A stretch of DNA of 64,000 bases from Chloroflexota bacterium (GTDB lineage Bacteria > Chloroflexota > Anaerolineae > Anaerolineales > UBA11579). Below the pieces are notes generated by a model, which saw only the letters and a program-made list of their open reading frames with translations, made no database searches and was not told the DNA's origin. Below are positions 7,190 through 16,943 of this stretch, piece after piece. Location: positions 42,444 to 106,443 of the forward strand of contig JACPVG010000016.1 in assembly GCA_016191875.1 (NCBI GenBank), read 5' to 3'. Position numbers and translations under genes: made by a program. Position 1 is the first letter of the stretch. Each line of letters begins with the position of its first letter.

Positions 7190-8545
7190 TTAGAAGATCG
7201 TGAGGAACGCCTCGACGAGCTTGGGGTCAAAGTGGGCTCCAGCCTGCGAGCGAATGTATTCCTTGGCGTTCTCAATCGGCCAGGCGTGGCTGTAGGGGCG
7301 GTCGGAGATCAGGGCATCCCAGACATCCACGATGGCAAAAATGCGCGCGGGCAGGGGAATCTCTTCGCCTTTCAGTCCGCGCGGGTAGCCGCTGCCATCC
7401 CACTTTTCATGGTGGCAGTAGGGGATATCGAGGGCGGGCCGCAGGTAGGTGATCGGCGAAAGCATTTCGTAGGCATAGAGCGGATGCTGGCGCATGATAT
7501 GCCACTCTTCTTCGGTCAATTCGCCGCGCTTCTGCAGGATGCTGTCCGGGATGCCCATCTTGCCGATATCGTGAAGCAATGCGCCGCGGTGAATGTTGAT
7601 GAGATCACTCCCGTTTATGCCGAGCGCGTGGGCCATTTTCAGCGTCAGGTCCAGGACGCGCCTGGAGTGCCCGTCGGTTTCCTTGTCGCGGAGTTCCAGG
7701 GCATGGGACCAGCCTTCCAGGGTGGCATCGTAGGCCAGCGCCAGTTCGCGCTCCTTTTGGACGCGTTCAGTGATCTCGCGGGAATTGATGGCCACCTGAA
7801 ACTCGTCCGTGCGGTCAAGCAGCGGTTTGAAGTGGCTTTCAAAAACATGCCAGGAGGAATCCTGGTGGCGAATGCGCAGTTCCGTAGATGTAAAGAAATC
7901 AGCGGATGTGCGGCAATGCTCAAGAATCTGTTCCGCCAATGCGCTATCATCCGGATGGAGAATTTCCATGAACTTGCGGCTAAGCAAGTTCTCGGGCAGA
8001 TACCCCAGGACGCGTTGGTGGGAGGGGCTGGAATAGGTGATGCGGCCCTCCAAGTCAACGAGAGCGATCAGGTCGCTGGCGTTCTCAATCAGTGAACGAA
8101 AGTGCTCTTCACTGCGCCGGAGGGCGATCTCGGCGCGTTTGCGCTCGATGGCATAGCGAATCGAGCGAACCACCAATTGATGGTCGGCGCGGCCCTTGAC
8201 CAGATAGTCCTGGGCGCCGCCGCGCACGGCTTCGATGGCGATCAGCTCGTCATCCGTGCCGGAGAGGACGACGATCGGCACGCCGCCACCGCGGGCGTGC
8301 AGTGAATAGAAGGTGGATAGGCCCTGGCTTTCAGGAAGACTGAGATCAAGCAAGACCACATCGAACTTCTCGTTGCGGACCTTCTGGAGGGCCTCTTTGA
8401 GGCGGTGAACCTGGACGACCTCAAAGCGCTGTACGCTGCCGCGTTCCAAGAACATGCGGATGAGGTTAGAGTGATCCTCATTGTCCTCGACCAGGAGGAC
8501 GCGCAGGACTTCATCGGTGAGAAACCGAAGGTGGCCTTCCGTCAT
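7190..8545 (-). CDS. Response regulator REC-PAS-HD-GYP (probable c-di-GMP phosphodiesterase)
   Basis: REC (VLLVEDNEDH...VVLLDLSLPESQG), a PAS-like middle, and an HD-GYP domain (HDIGKMGIP...HHEKWDGSGYPRGL). Confidence 0.9.
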   Translation of the reverse strand: MTEGHLRFLTDEVLRVLLVEDNEDHSNLIRMFLERGSVQRFEVVQVHRLKEALQKVRNEKFDVVLLDLSLPESQGLSTFYSLHARGGGVPIVVLSGTDDELIAIEAVRGGAQDYLVKGRADHQLVVRSIRYAIERKRAEIALRRSEEHFRSLIENASDLIALVDLEGRITYSSPSHQRVLGYLPENLLSRKFMEILHPDDSALAEQILEHCRTSADFFTSTELRIRHQDSSWHVFESHFKPLLDRTDEFQVAINSREITERVQKERELALAYDATLEGWSHALELRDKETDGHSRRVLDLTLKMAHALGINGSDLINIHRGALLHDIGKMGIPDSILQKRGELTEEEWHIMRQHPLYAYEMLSPITYLRPALDIPYCHHEKWDGSGYPRGLKGEEIPLPARIFAIVDVWDALISDRPYSHAWPIENAKEYIRSQAGAHFDPKLVEAFLTIF

Positions 8546-8661
8546 ATCGCGGTATTATAATCAGGAAAGCGTGAAAGGCGCTTATGGCCGCGATTCGGCG
8601 TGCGGATGCTCTATGGTAAACTAAGGACGCTTGTTCTGGCTGGTGCGGCGTCGGAGGAACA

Positions 8662-9057
8662 ATGGCAGAGACACCGCTTCGTAAAGTGGTCTGTGTGGAA
8701 GATGAACCCGAGATGATCGACCTGATCCGGTTGATTCTGAACCGGAAGGGCTTCGATGTAGTCGGCGCGGCTGGAGGCAAGAAGGGGTTGGATACGATTC
8801 GCGAGCAGATGCCCCAGCTGGTCCTGCTGGATCTGATGATGCCGGACATGGATGGCTGGGAGGTCTATCAGCAGTTGAAGGCAGACAAGGCCACCCGGGA
8901 TATCCCCGTTATTGTGGTCACAGCCAAGGCTCAGAGCATCGACAAGGTCCTTGGATTACACATCGCAAAAGTAGATGATTACATTTCCAAACCGTTCAGC
9001 CCGCAGGAATTGCTTGACAGCGTTGAGAAGGTTCTGGGCAAGGAGACGGCTGGCTGA
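8662..9057 (+). CDS. Stand-alone response-regulator receiver protein
   Basis: KVVCVEDEPEMIDLI...LVLLDLMMPDMDGWEV...VTAKA...YISKPF: a complete REC domain with no output domain. Confidence 0.9.
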   Translation: MAETPLRKVVCVEDEPEMIDLIRLILNRKGFDVVGAAGGKKGLDTIREQMPQLVLLDLMMPDMDGWEVYQQLKADKATRDIPVIVVTAKAQSIDKVLGLHIAKVDDYISKPFSPQELLDSVEKVLGKETAG

Positions 9058-9095
9058 CCGAGTGAGCCAGAGAATCAGGGTCAATGAGTGAAGAT

Positions 9096-9120
9096 GGGCG
9101 GCGCAGCCGCCCTTGTTTGT
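9096..9120 (+). terminator. Rho-independent terminator candidate
   Basis: GGGCGGC-GCA-GCCGCCC followed by TTGTTTGT. Confidence 0.5.
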
Positions 9121-9128
9121 GAATCGGT

Positions 9129-9497
9129 ATGCCGCGCGTCGCGATCCGCAATCTTTCCAGGCCGCTGGAGAACAACCTTGTCGTAGGGATGTGCGCCGCG
9201 TTTGGTTGCCGGCTGCGGGGATTGACGTTCCGGAGAGCGCTTGCGGAGGACGACGGATTGCTGATGGACTGTGGGCGGGCGAGCCGCTACGACAGCGCCA
9301 TCCACATGATGGGCGTGTTCTTCGATCTGGGTATCATCTGGCTGGATGAACGCCAGATGGTCGTGGACTGCGGGCTGGCCCGGCGCTGGGTTTCTGTGCT
9401 GGCGCCGACTGCGCCCGCACGCTATATTCTAGAGGTCTGCCCCGGCAGGTTACGAGAATTCCAGCCAGGAGATACCATAGAGTTCCATGAAGCTTAA
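9129..9497 (+). CDS. DUF192-like protein
   Basis: Pattern RLRGLTFRR...DDGLLMD...MMGVFFDLGIIWLDERQMVV...YILEVCPG...GD resembles DUF192 (GLM..., MxnTxxPLDiifid, yvLEl). Confidence 0.65.
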   Translation: MPRVAIRNLSRPLENNLVVGMCAAFGCRLRGLTFRRALAEDDGLLMDCGRASRYDSAIHMMGVFFDLGIIWLDERQMVVDCGLARRWVSVLAPTAPARYILEVCPGRLREFQPGDTIEFHEA

Positions 9498-10872
9498 GAC
9501 GGTTCTTTTGATTCTTCTTCTCCCGCTGCTCTATGTGCGAGAGGGAACGAACGCCCAGGCCGATGAGCCCGGCCCGACGTATGTGATCCAGCCGGGCGAT
9601 ACAATCACATCCATCGCGGGCCGATTTGGCATCTGGGCGGATGCAGTTATCTCCGCCAACGCTTTGACCAACCCGGACAGCATCCAGGCTGGCGACCGGA
9701 TTGAACTACCGGGGGTGACCTGGGTGAGTGGAGTGCTAGACCGGCGAGCGGTGGAGTTCGGCGAGACTCTGCGCACACTTACTCGTCGTTACCAGGTTTC
9801 GCCCCTGATTTTCAGCCGGCTGAATGGGGCTGTCAGCCCGGGACAAGTTTTCGTCGGGTATCCGGCGATGCTGCCCACTGAGACGGGAGAACGCCTTGGA
9901 GGCGAGCGCATCGCTGTAAGAAGTGGAGAATCGCTGCTGGAAGCGGGGATCCGGGCGGGCGTGAACCCATGGGCACTGGCGGTTGCCAACCGCATTGGGG
10001 GGGCAGCGGGTCTGTTGCCCGGCGACGTATTGCTGGTTCCCGGCAGCGTCGGCAGCGGGCCGGGGGCGCTGCCTTCGCCCATCAGTCAGCTATCCCTTTC
10101 GCCGTTGCCGCTCGTACAGGGCAAGACGATCGTAATCCGCGCCGCCGCGAACGGTGAGCCGCTGGAGATCGGCGGCACACTTGTGGATAAGACGCTGCAC
10201 TTTTACGATCAGCCGGACGGCAGCCTAGCCGCCATGCAGGGGATTCACGCGCTCTTGCCCGAAGGACTTTATCCGTTCTCGGTGGCAGGCAGGTTGGCGG
10301 ATGGCTCAAGTTTTTCTTACCAGCAACTGGTTGCGGTGCGCTCTGGAAGATACGATTCGGAACGAATCACCGTCTCCGAGAACTATCTGGATGACCAACA
10401 GTCCTTGAGAGAAAACGAACTGGTAGAGGGTCTGGTGGCTGAATTCACGCCGGAGAAGTTATGGTCCGGGTTGTTCATTCTCCCAACGCCCTACGGGGAT
10501 GTCATCAATTCCTATTTTGGCACGCGGCGCTCCTACAACGGCTCGCCCTATGATTACTTCCATACCGGCGTGGATTGGGGCGGCGGCGAGGGAACACCGG
10601 TGCTGGCGCCAGCGGCCGGTATCGTGGTATTCGCCGGCCTGCTGGAGGTGCGCGGTAATGCGACCATCATCGATCACGGCTGGGGGGTGTATACAGGGTA
10701 TTGGCATCAATCCCGGTTGGACGTCGAAGTGGGCGATGTTGTTTCGCCGGGCGAGGCTATCGGCGTTGTAGGGAACACCGGCCGCTCGACCGGCGCGCAC
10801 TTGCATTGGGAAATATGGGTTGGGGGCGTGCAGGTTGAGCCGCTTGATTGGCTATACCAGACGTATCCTTAA
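9487..10872 (+). CDS. Secreted LysM-domain M23 metallopeptidase
   Basis: Signal peptide MKLKTVLLILLLPLLYV. LysM (YVIQPGDTITSIAGRFGI). M23 motifs HTGVDWG...GNTGRSTGAHLHWEI. Confidence 0.9.
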   Translation: MKLKTVLLILLLPLLYVREGTNAQADEPGPTYVIQPGDTITSIAGRFGIWADAVISANALTNPDSIQAGDRIELPGVTWVSGVLDRRAVEFGETLRTLTRRYQVSPLIFSRLNGAVSPGQVFVGYPAMLPTETGERLGGERIAVRSGESLLEAGIRAGVNPWALAVANRIGGAAGLLPGDVLLVPGSVGSGPGALPSPISQLSLSPLPLVQGKTIVIRAAANGEPLEIGGTLVDKTLHFYDQPDGSLAAMQGIHALLPEGLYPFSVAGRLADGSSFSYQQLVAVRSGRYDSERITVSENYLDDQQSLRENELVEGLVAEFTPEKLWSGLFILPTPYGDVINSYFGTRRSYNGSPYDYFHTGVDWGGGEGTPVLAPAAGIVVFAGLLEVRGNATIIDHGWGVYTGYWHQSRLDVEVGDVVSPGEAIGVVGNTGRSTGAHLHWEIWVGGVQVEPLDWLYQTYP

Positions 10873-11132
10873 CCTGCTTCATCATCCCGGCCGACATCTG
10901 CCAACCGCCCTGAGTCATAGTCTGCCAGGACCCGGGTCGCCGCCTGGAGGTCTGTTTCAGGGACGAGGATGTGAATGCGGTGGAAGGGCGGCCCGTCGAG
11001 CCCCAGGGCGGCCTGGTACCCTTCGCTGGATAAGACAACGTCGATGCCCTGCGACTCCAGAAGGCCGCGGAGGATCTCAGCCTGCAGGTTGTAACTCTCG
11101 ACTCGAACAACCTTCCAAGAACGAGAAGTCAT
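10869..11132 (-). CDS. DUF2007-like small protein
   Basis: MTSRSWKVVRVESYNLQAEILRGLLESQGIDVVL...ILVPETDLQAATRVLADY. Start trimmed to the ATG at 11132, which has an AAGGAG SD. Confidence 0.65.
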   Translation of the reverse strand: MTSRSWKVVRVESYNLQAEILRGLLESQGIDVVLSSEGYQAALGLDGPPFHRIHILVPETDLQAATRVLADYDSGRLADVGRDDEAG

Positions 11133-11161
11133 GGAACCGCTCCTTGCATGGGCGGACATGC

Positions 11162-11189
11162 TTGTACCTGTTTGACGATTGAGTATAAT
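11162..11189 (+). promoter_or_regulatory. Candidate promoter TTGTAC-N16-TATAAT
   Basis: TTGTAC at 11162-11167 and TATAAT at 11184-11189, upstream of the 11272 gene. Confidence 0.35.
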
Positions 11190-11271
11190 ATGAAACCGAA
11201 AGATGCCCAACCTTCATGTGGGCAGAACGTCCAAAACTCCCGGATGAATACACCTGTTTGGTGATGTGATC

Positions 11272-12870
11272 ATGACTTTGGTTGTTATCCCTCTTCGCGA
11301 AGACTATTGGAGCACATTCGAAATCACAGATGAGGATGTCGAGTTCCTCTACGCTTTTCTGTTGGAACGCGAGGAACCTCAGACCCCCGGCCAGTTGACG
11401 CACGCCCTGGTGAAAGACCGATTGGCTCGTGAACAGAAGGCGGCGGCCAAGCAGCGGAGCGCGGCTGGAGAAGTCTATATACCAAAAGAGGCGCACTCAG
11501 CCGGCGACAGGCTGACGTTTCCGGCTCTGGGTTGGAAAACCGGAATGGTGACCGCGAGGCGCCCCGCCAACACGTTCATGCCGAACGGCTTTCAGGTCAT
11601 CACGGTTGTATTCGAAGACGGGAGCGCCATGGAATTCGCATCGGAATGCGAAGACCATATCTTAAATGAGCCCGTTGTGGTCTCTCAGGATGATCCACTG
11701 CTCAGCCCTGATGCGATCGTGGAACAACACGGGGTTTCCCTTGCCGAGAAGCTGGTGGCCGCGTTGCGCAGCAATGATGATTTCGTTTACATTGCCGGAC
11801 GCTGGTTCCCGCGGGCGCTGCTGGTTGATGTGAACGTCGGAAACCTGAACCTGGCCGAAGCCGTGCTGGATATGGCCGGCGGCGGCCCCTTGCCGACCGC
11901 AGAACTGCTGCCACAGATTGACCTTCCAAATCCTGACAATGAACGCCTGACGGAATTTTCGCTGGATCTGGCCCTTCAGGAGGACGGACGATTTGATGAG
12001 GTTGGCTCAACCGGCAAGGTGTTATGGTTCCTCAACCGGCTGGAACCGGCTGAGGTGCTCAAGCCCCCGTTGACGCTGCGGTACCAGGAATTTCAGTATG
12101 ACCGGTCGTTGCTCTCCGCTCAGATGCTCGAATTGGAGCAGCAACTGGATGATGAACACTCGCCAGCGCCCGAACATATGGAAATGCCCGGCGACGAAGC
12201 CGAAATCATCTTGATCTACCCGCACTGGCGGGCCGGCACACTCCCAATTGCTCCCCGACTGCGACGATTTTTCCCCAGCGCGTATGAATCGCCGCGCATC
12301 TTATTCTCATTCATCGACGAAGGCAGCGGCGAGGAATTCCGCGCCTGGGTGGTGCGCCTTGAGAAGTATGTCTTCGGATTGCGCGAATGGTACCTCAAGC
12401 ATGGTGTGATGCCAGGCAGCATCCTTAAACTCAAGAAGACGGGTAACCCGGGCCAGGTGGCTATTACGACCGAGGCCCACCGTTCCACCAAGGAGTGGGT
12501 GCGAACTGCGCTGGTGGGCGCAGACGGCGGAGTGGTCTACGCCACACTGAAGCAGCAGGTCGCCACCGCCTTCGACGACCGCATGATGGTGTACATGACT
12601 TCGGAAGTTGAAGCGTTGGATCGCGCCTGGGAGCAGCGGGCGAAAGCCGAGCCGACTTTCGAAAAGGCCGTGGTGGATACACTGCGCGAACTTGCCAAGC
12701 TCAATCCTCAGGCGCACGTGCACGTAGCAGAGTTGTATTCAGCGCTCAACGTCATCACGCGCTGTCCGCCTGGTCCATTGATGGCCAGGCTGACCTCGCA
12801 GGCGGGCTTCGTGCATGTAGGGGACCTCCACTTCCGGCTGGACGAAGCGGGCGGGGGGGGCGAGAGGTGA
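11272..12870 (+). CDS. Hypothetical protein (~532 aa) with a possible C-terminal HARE-HTH/winged-helix-like segment
   Basis: Long ORF with no strong competing frame. The C-terminus (...AHVHVAELYSALNVITRCPPGPLMARLTSQAGFVHVGDLHFRLDE) resembles HARE-HTH endings. ATG at 11272; the track uses GTG at 11266. Confidence 0.7.
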   Translation: MTLVVIPLREDYWSTFEITDEDVEFLYAFLLEREEPQTPGQLTHALVKDRLAREQKAAAKQRSAAGEVYIPKEAHSAGDRLTFPALGWKTGMVTARRPANTFMPNGFQVITVVFEDGSAMEFASECEDHILNEPVVVSQDDPLLSPDAIVEQHGVSLAEKLVAALRSNDDFVYIAGRWFPRALLVDVNVGNLNLAEAVLDMAGGGPLPTAELLPQIDLPNPDNERLTEFSLDLALQEDGRFDEVGSTGKVLWFLNRLEPAEVLKPPLTLRYQEFQYDRSLLSAQMLELEQQLDDEHSPAPEHMEMPGDEAEIILIYPHWRAGTLPIAPRLRRFFPSAYESPRILFSFIDEGSGEEFRAWVVRLEKYVFGLREWYLKHGVMPGSILKLKKTGNPGQVAITTEAHRSTKEWVRTALVGADGGVVYATLKQQVATAFDDRMMVYMTSEVEALDRAWEQRAKAEPTFEKAVVDTLRELAKLNPQAHVHVAELYSALNVITRCPPGPLMARLTSQAGFVHVGDLHFRLDEAGGGGER

Positions 12871-13304
12871 ACGACATCAGGCGCCCCAGTCTGGTCAAGC
12901 CATCCGTGGATACCCATTTCCACATCGATTTTGAGTGGTGGAGCCAGAACGACCGGGAGTGGCGGGTGTATTTGCGGAACCTGCTTACGGAGGATGAACA
13001 GACGCGCTTTGCGGAGATCATCGCTGACGATGTGCGCGTGGATTGGGTAGATCCGGAAACAGCCGAAGTTAAGCCTGTGGATGGGTTGCAGCACATCCTG
13101 ATCACGCACACTGCGCAACAGGAAGGATTCCTGAGCGCCCATACTGCTCTGGTCGAAGCCATCTTCCGGCTGTTTCTCAAGACCGGGAACAAGCCCATGA
13201 GCGCTCAAGAAATCGCCGAGCTCCTGAATCGGCCGCCGATGACCGTTCTCAAGACGCTTTCCGGGCCGAGAGTGTATCGGGGGATACGCCCAATCCTGGG
13301 ATAA
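12867..13304 (+). CDS. Hypothetical protein (145 aa), translationally coupled to the upstream gene
   Basis: GTGA start/stop overlap with the 11272 gene. The C-terminus KPMSAQEIAELLNRPPMTVLKTLSG looks HTH-like. Confidence 0.6.
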   Translation: MNDIRRPSLVKPSVDTHFHIDFEWWSQNDREWRVYLRNLLTEDEQTRFAEIIADDVRVDWVDPETAEVKPVDGLQHILITHTAQQEGFLSAHTALVEAIFRLFLKTGNKPMSAQEIAELLNRPPMTVLKTLSGPRVYRGIRPILG

Positions 13305-13377
13305 TCCTGCAGACGCCGGGGGGCGGGAATCACCCTGGGTGAGTATAATTAATCCCGTAGAAATCGTCCTCATCCCA

Positions 13378-13450
13378 GCCCTCGTAGCTCAATGGACAGA
13401 GCGATGGCCTTCTAAGCCAAAGGTTGCAGGTTCGATTCCTGCCGAGGGCG
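13378..13450 (+). tRNA. tRNA-Arg (anticodon TCT)
   Basis: Manual cloverleaf: acceptor GCCCTCG/CGAGGGC, D arm GCTC..GAGC, anticodon loop CTTCTAA, T arm GCAGG-TTCGATT-CCTGC. 73 nt, no encoded CCA. Confidence 0.9.
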
Positions 13451-13507
13451 CTGTGCGTATGAGCGCGCCCGCGGGCGGTATGCTCGCCGGAACTGAAAGG
13501 ACCCGTC

Positions 13508-13918
13508 ATGAAGGTTGAACCTGTGGATGTGCTTCAACTGGCGCCCGAAGCCTCGCACGCCAAGCCGGCGCTTACCATCATCACCGCCACCTATTCAGAG
13601 TGGGTCACCCGAAAAACACTCTGGCGTCCCCCGACGGATGTGATGGAATCGCCAGAGATGATTACGGTGCGGATAGAAGCGGCGGGGATGCAGGGGGGCG
13701 AATTCAGTATTTCCGTCCAGCCCAATCTACTGGCTGTGCGAGGTGTACGGCTTATAGGCAATCCGCGCGGCGCGTATCGCCAAATGGAGATCAATACCGG
13801 AGAGTTCATCTCGCTGGTTGAGCTGTTCGCGCCTGTGGACATAGACCACGTTGCGGCGGAATATAACGACGGTTTCCTGATCATTCAACTTCCCAAGCAC
13901 GAGCCGGCCGCGGGATAG
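13508..13918 (+). CDS. Hsp20/alpha-crystallin small heat-shock protein
   Basis: [23 protein letters not shown]...[37 protein letters not shown]: the ACD pattern. Confidence 0.88.
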   Translation: MKVEPVDVLQLAPEASHAKPALTIITATYSEWVTRKTLWRPPTDVMESPEMITVRIEAAGMQGGEFSISVQPNLLAVRGVRLIGNPRGAYRQMEINTGEFISLVELFAPVDIDHVAAEYNDGFLIIQLPKHEPAAG

Positions 13919-13931
13919 GGAAGGACTGCTG

Positions 13932-16544
13932 ATGCTGATGTCGGACTGGCTATCAGAGTTGATGGAGATCATGAGCGAATCGGATGCCGGGCAAGACGCG
14001 TTGAATGAATTCCTTTTCGGCATATCCGACGAGCCCAGCAACCGGCCAGAGGATGCCGACAGGAATCCGATTGACGCTGCCGGCGGGCAGATCCCGGACA
14101 TTCTGCCTATTCTGCCTCTGCGAGGCGTGGTGGTTTACCCGCACACAGGCGTTCCGTTGACAATCGGCCAGCAGCGTTCGATCCGACTAGTGGACGATGT
14201 GGTCATTGGAGATCGGTTGGTGGGCCTGGTAGCCTCATTGGACCCTGAACTTGATTCCCCCGGCCCGGGCGACCTTTACAAAGTGGGAACTGTCGCGACG
14301 GTACACAGGCTCTTTCGCGCGCCCGATGGAACGATCCGGCTGCTGGTGCAGGGGCTGTCGCGGTTCAGGCTGGGGGAATTTGTCGAGCAAGAACCTTATT
14401 TGAAAGCGCACATCATCCCTTATCCTGAGGCCGAGGCCGGTGAGGGTCTGGAAGTCGAGGCGCTGGCCCGGAACGTGCGCGGGCAATTCGGACGCATTGC
14501 GGAACTTGTGGCCTCCATACCTCAGGAGATCATTCAGTCGGTGTTGGCACTTGAAGACCCGCTCCAGATCGTCTATACCATCGCCAATTTGCAGCGTATG
14601 GAATTGCAGGATGCTCAACGGCTGCTGGAGCTCGATCAGGTTTCCGAGAAACTTCACATGCTCAACAGCATTCTGACGCATGAAGTTGAGGTCCTGGAAA
14701 TCGGGCAGAAGATTCAGAACGAAGCCCGGTCGGAGATCGAGAAGATGCAGCGGGATTACTTCCTGCGTGAGCAGATGAAGGCTATCCAACGCGAACTTGG
14801 CGAGCAAGACGAGCAGGCAGTCGAGGTGGAGGAATTCCGCAAGAAGATCGCCGGAGCGGCCATGCCCCCTGAAGCGCTCGAGCAGGCTGAACGGGAACTC
14901 GACCGGCTGGCCAGGCTCTCGACTGCATCGGCGGAGTATGGCGTGATCCGGACGTATCTGGACTGGCTGGTGACGCTGCCCTGGGGGATCGTCACGCCCG
15001 ATAACCTTGATATCGCCCATGCCCGGCAAGTCCTCGATGATGATCACTACGGTTTGGAGGATGTCAAGGAGCGTCTTTTGGAATTCCTGGCAGTTCGCAA
15101 ACTGCGCCTGGAACGGAAAGACGAAAGGGAGAGCGATATATCGGAAGACTTGATCCGCAAAGAACGTGAGGGAGTCATTCTGTGCTTCGCCGGGCCGCCC
15201 GGAGTGGGGAAGACCTCGCTCGGACGGTCAATTGCCCGAGCGCTGGGTCGTGAGTTCGTGCGCATTTCTCTGGGCGGTGTGCGGGATGAAGCTGAGATCC
15301 GCGGCCACCGCCGGACGTACATCGGGGCGTTGCCGGGCCGTATCCTGCAGGCGCTGCGGCGCGCGAAGTCGCGCAACCCGGTGTTTATGCTGGATGAGGT
15401 TGATAAACTGGGTACAGATTTTCGGGGCGACCCGGCTTCGGCGCTGCTGGAAGTGCTCGACCCGGAGCAGAACGTGGAATTCCGGGACCATTATCTTGAG
15501 GTGGCGTTCGATCTCTCACAGGTGATGTTCATTACGACTGCCAATACGCTGGAGCCCATTCCCGGCCCGTTGCGCGACAGGATGGAAATCATCATGATCT
15601 CCAGTTACACCGAGTCCGACAAGGTAGAGATCGCCAAAGGCTATCTTGTCCCCCGGCAATTGCGGGAAAACGGATTGCGCAAGCGCGAAGTCGCCTTCAA
15701 AGATGCAGCGATTCTGAAGTTAATCCGGTCGTACACGCGCGAAGCCGGGGTGCGCAACCTGGAGCGACAGATCGGCGCCGTGTGCCGCAAGATAGTCACG
15801 CAGATCGCCGAAGGCAAGGTACAAAAGGTGCAGGTAACGCCCAAGCTGGTCCAGGAGTTCCTGGGCCGCCCGCGGTATTTTCACACCGACGAAGTGGCGG
15901 CGCGGACAGCTTTGCCCGGCGTTGCGACCGGCCTATCGTGGACGCCGGTGGGCGGCGAGGTGCTGTTCATCGAGGCCACCTGCATGCCGGGGAACAAGGG
16001 TTTCCAGTTGACGGGTTCTCTCGGCGAGGTGATGCAGGAATCGGCTAAGGCGGCGCTCTCCTACGTGCGCGCCAATGCCGAGGCGCTGGGACTCAAGAGC
16101 GATTTCTTCGAACAGAGCGATTTCCATCTGCATGTTCCCGCGGGGGCGCAGCCCAAAGACGGCCCCTCCGCCGGGGTGACGATCGCGACGGCATTGGTAT
16201 CGCTGGTTTCCGGGATGCCGGTGCGGGCAGATGTGGGCATGACTGGCGAGATCACACTCAGGGGGCAGGTGCTGCCTGTAGGCGGCATCAAGGAGAAGGT
16301 GCTTGCGGCCCACCGGGCCGGACTAAAGAGTGTTATCCTGCCAGCCAGGAATGAGGGTGATCTGGATGAGCTGCCTGACGATGCCCGCAAGGACCTGAAC
16401 TTCATTTTCGTAGAAACCATGACCGAAGTGCTTGACAGCGCCTTCGTTGTGAAAAAGGGTGCGACCGGGAAGAGCAAGGATGGCAGGAACCCGGGCAAGA
16501 AGAGCGCGTCCAAGAAACAACCTCCACAAAAGGAATCCAATTAG
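13932..16544 (+). CDS. lon: ATP-dependent Lon protease
   Basis: LON N-domain ([14 protein letters not shown]), Walker [10 protein letters not shown], catalytic [10 protein letters not shown] and [14 protein letters not shown]. Confidence 0.97.
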   Translation: MLMSDWLSELMEIMSESDAGQDALNEFLFGISDEPSNRPEDADRNPIDAAGGQIPDILPILPLRGVVVYPHTGVPLTIGQQRSIRLVDDVVIGDRLVGLVASLDPELDSPGPGDLYKVGTVATVHRLFRAPDGTIRLLVQGLSRFRLGEFVEQEPYLKAHIIPYPEAEAGEGLEVEALARNVRGQFGRIAELVASIPQEIIQSVLALEDPLQIVYTIANLQRMELQDAQRLLELDQVSEKLHMLNSILTHEVEVLEIGQKIQNEARSEIEKMQRDYFLREQMKAIQRELGEQDEQAVEVEEFRKKIAGAAMPPEALEQAERELDRLARLSTASAEYGVIRTYLDWLVTLPWGIVTPDNLDIAHARQVLDDDHYGLEDVKERLLEFLAVRKLRLERKDERESDISEDLIRKEREGVILCFAGPPGVGKTSLGRSIARALGREFVRISLGGVRDEAEIRGHRRTYIGALPGRILQALRRAKSRNPVFMLDEVDKLGTDFRGDPASALLEVLDPEQNVEFRDHYLEVAFDLSQVMFITTANTLEPIPGPLRDRMEIIMISSYTESDKVEIAKGYLVPRQLRENGLRKREVAFKDAAILKLIRSYTREAGVRNLERQIGAVCRKIVTQIAEGKVQKVQVTPKLVQEFLGRPRYFHTDEVAARTALPGVATGLSWTPVGGEVLFIEATCMPGNKGFQLTGSLGEVMQESAKAALSYVRANAEALGLKSDFFEQSDFHLHVPAGAQPKDGPSAGVTIATALVSLVSGMPVRADVGMTGEITLRGQVLPVGGIKEKVLAAHRAGLKSVILPARNEGDLDELPDDARKDLNFIFVETMTEVLDSAFVVKKGATGKSKDGRNPGKKSASKKQPPQKESN

Positions 16545-16546
16545 AC

Positions 16547-16903
16547 ATGGCTAAAGTAATGCTGGTTGAAGACGACCCGACGATGATCTCGCTGCTGCGA
16601 ACCTTACTGGAAATCGAAGGGTTTGTGGTTCAGCCGTTGGATCATTTCACAGACGTGCCTGAAAGCATTCGCGCCGGTCAGCCGGATGTGGTGCTGATGG
16701 ATGTGCACCTGAAGGGTGCCGACGGGTTGGAAATTCTCAAGACGCTGCGGGCGTCCGCAGAAATCCAACAGCCCAAAGTAATCCTGACCTCGGGATTGGA
16801 TTTCCGTCACGCGGCGATGTCGGCGGGCGCGAACGAATTCGTGCTCAAGCCGTACATGCCCGACGAGCTGATCGAGAAGATCAAGCATCAATTGGCGAGC
16901 TAA
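16547..16903 (+). CDS. Stand-alone response-regulator receiver protein
   Basis: KVMLVEDDPTMISLL...VVLMDVHLKGADGLE...FVLKPY. Begins 3 nt after the lon stop. Confidence 0.9.
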   Translation: MAKVMLVEDDPTMISLLRTLLEIEGFVVQPLDHFTDVPESIRAGQPDVVLMDVHLKGADGLEILKTLRASAEIQQPKVILTSGLDFRHAAMSAGANEFVLKPYMPDELIEKIKHQLAS

Positions 16904-16943
16904 ATCAGCCGCCCGAAGCCCGACTATGAAATCGAGATGATTT

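Noticed and set aside
13451-13507. Looked for heat-shock operators (CIRCE TTAGCACTC-N9-GAGTGCTAA, or HAIR) upstream of hsp20-lon.
   Set aside because: No match to either consensus in the 57-nt spacer. Only a short GC hairpin (CGCCCGCGGGCG) of unclear meaning is present.
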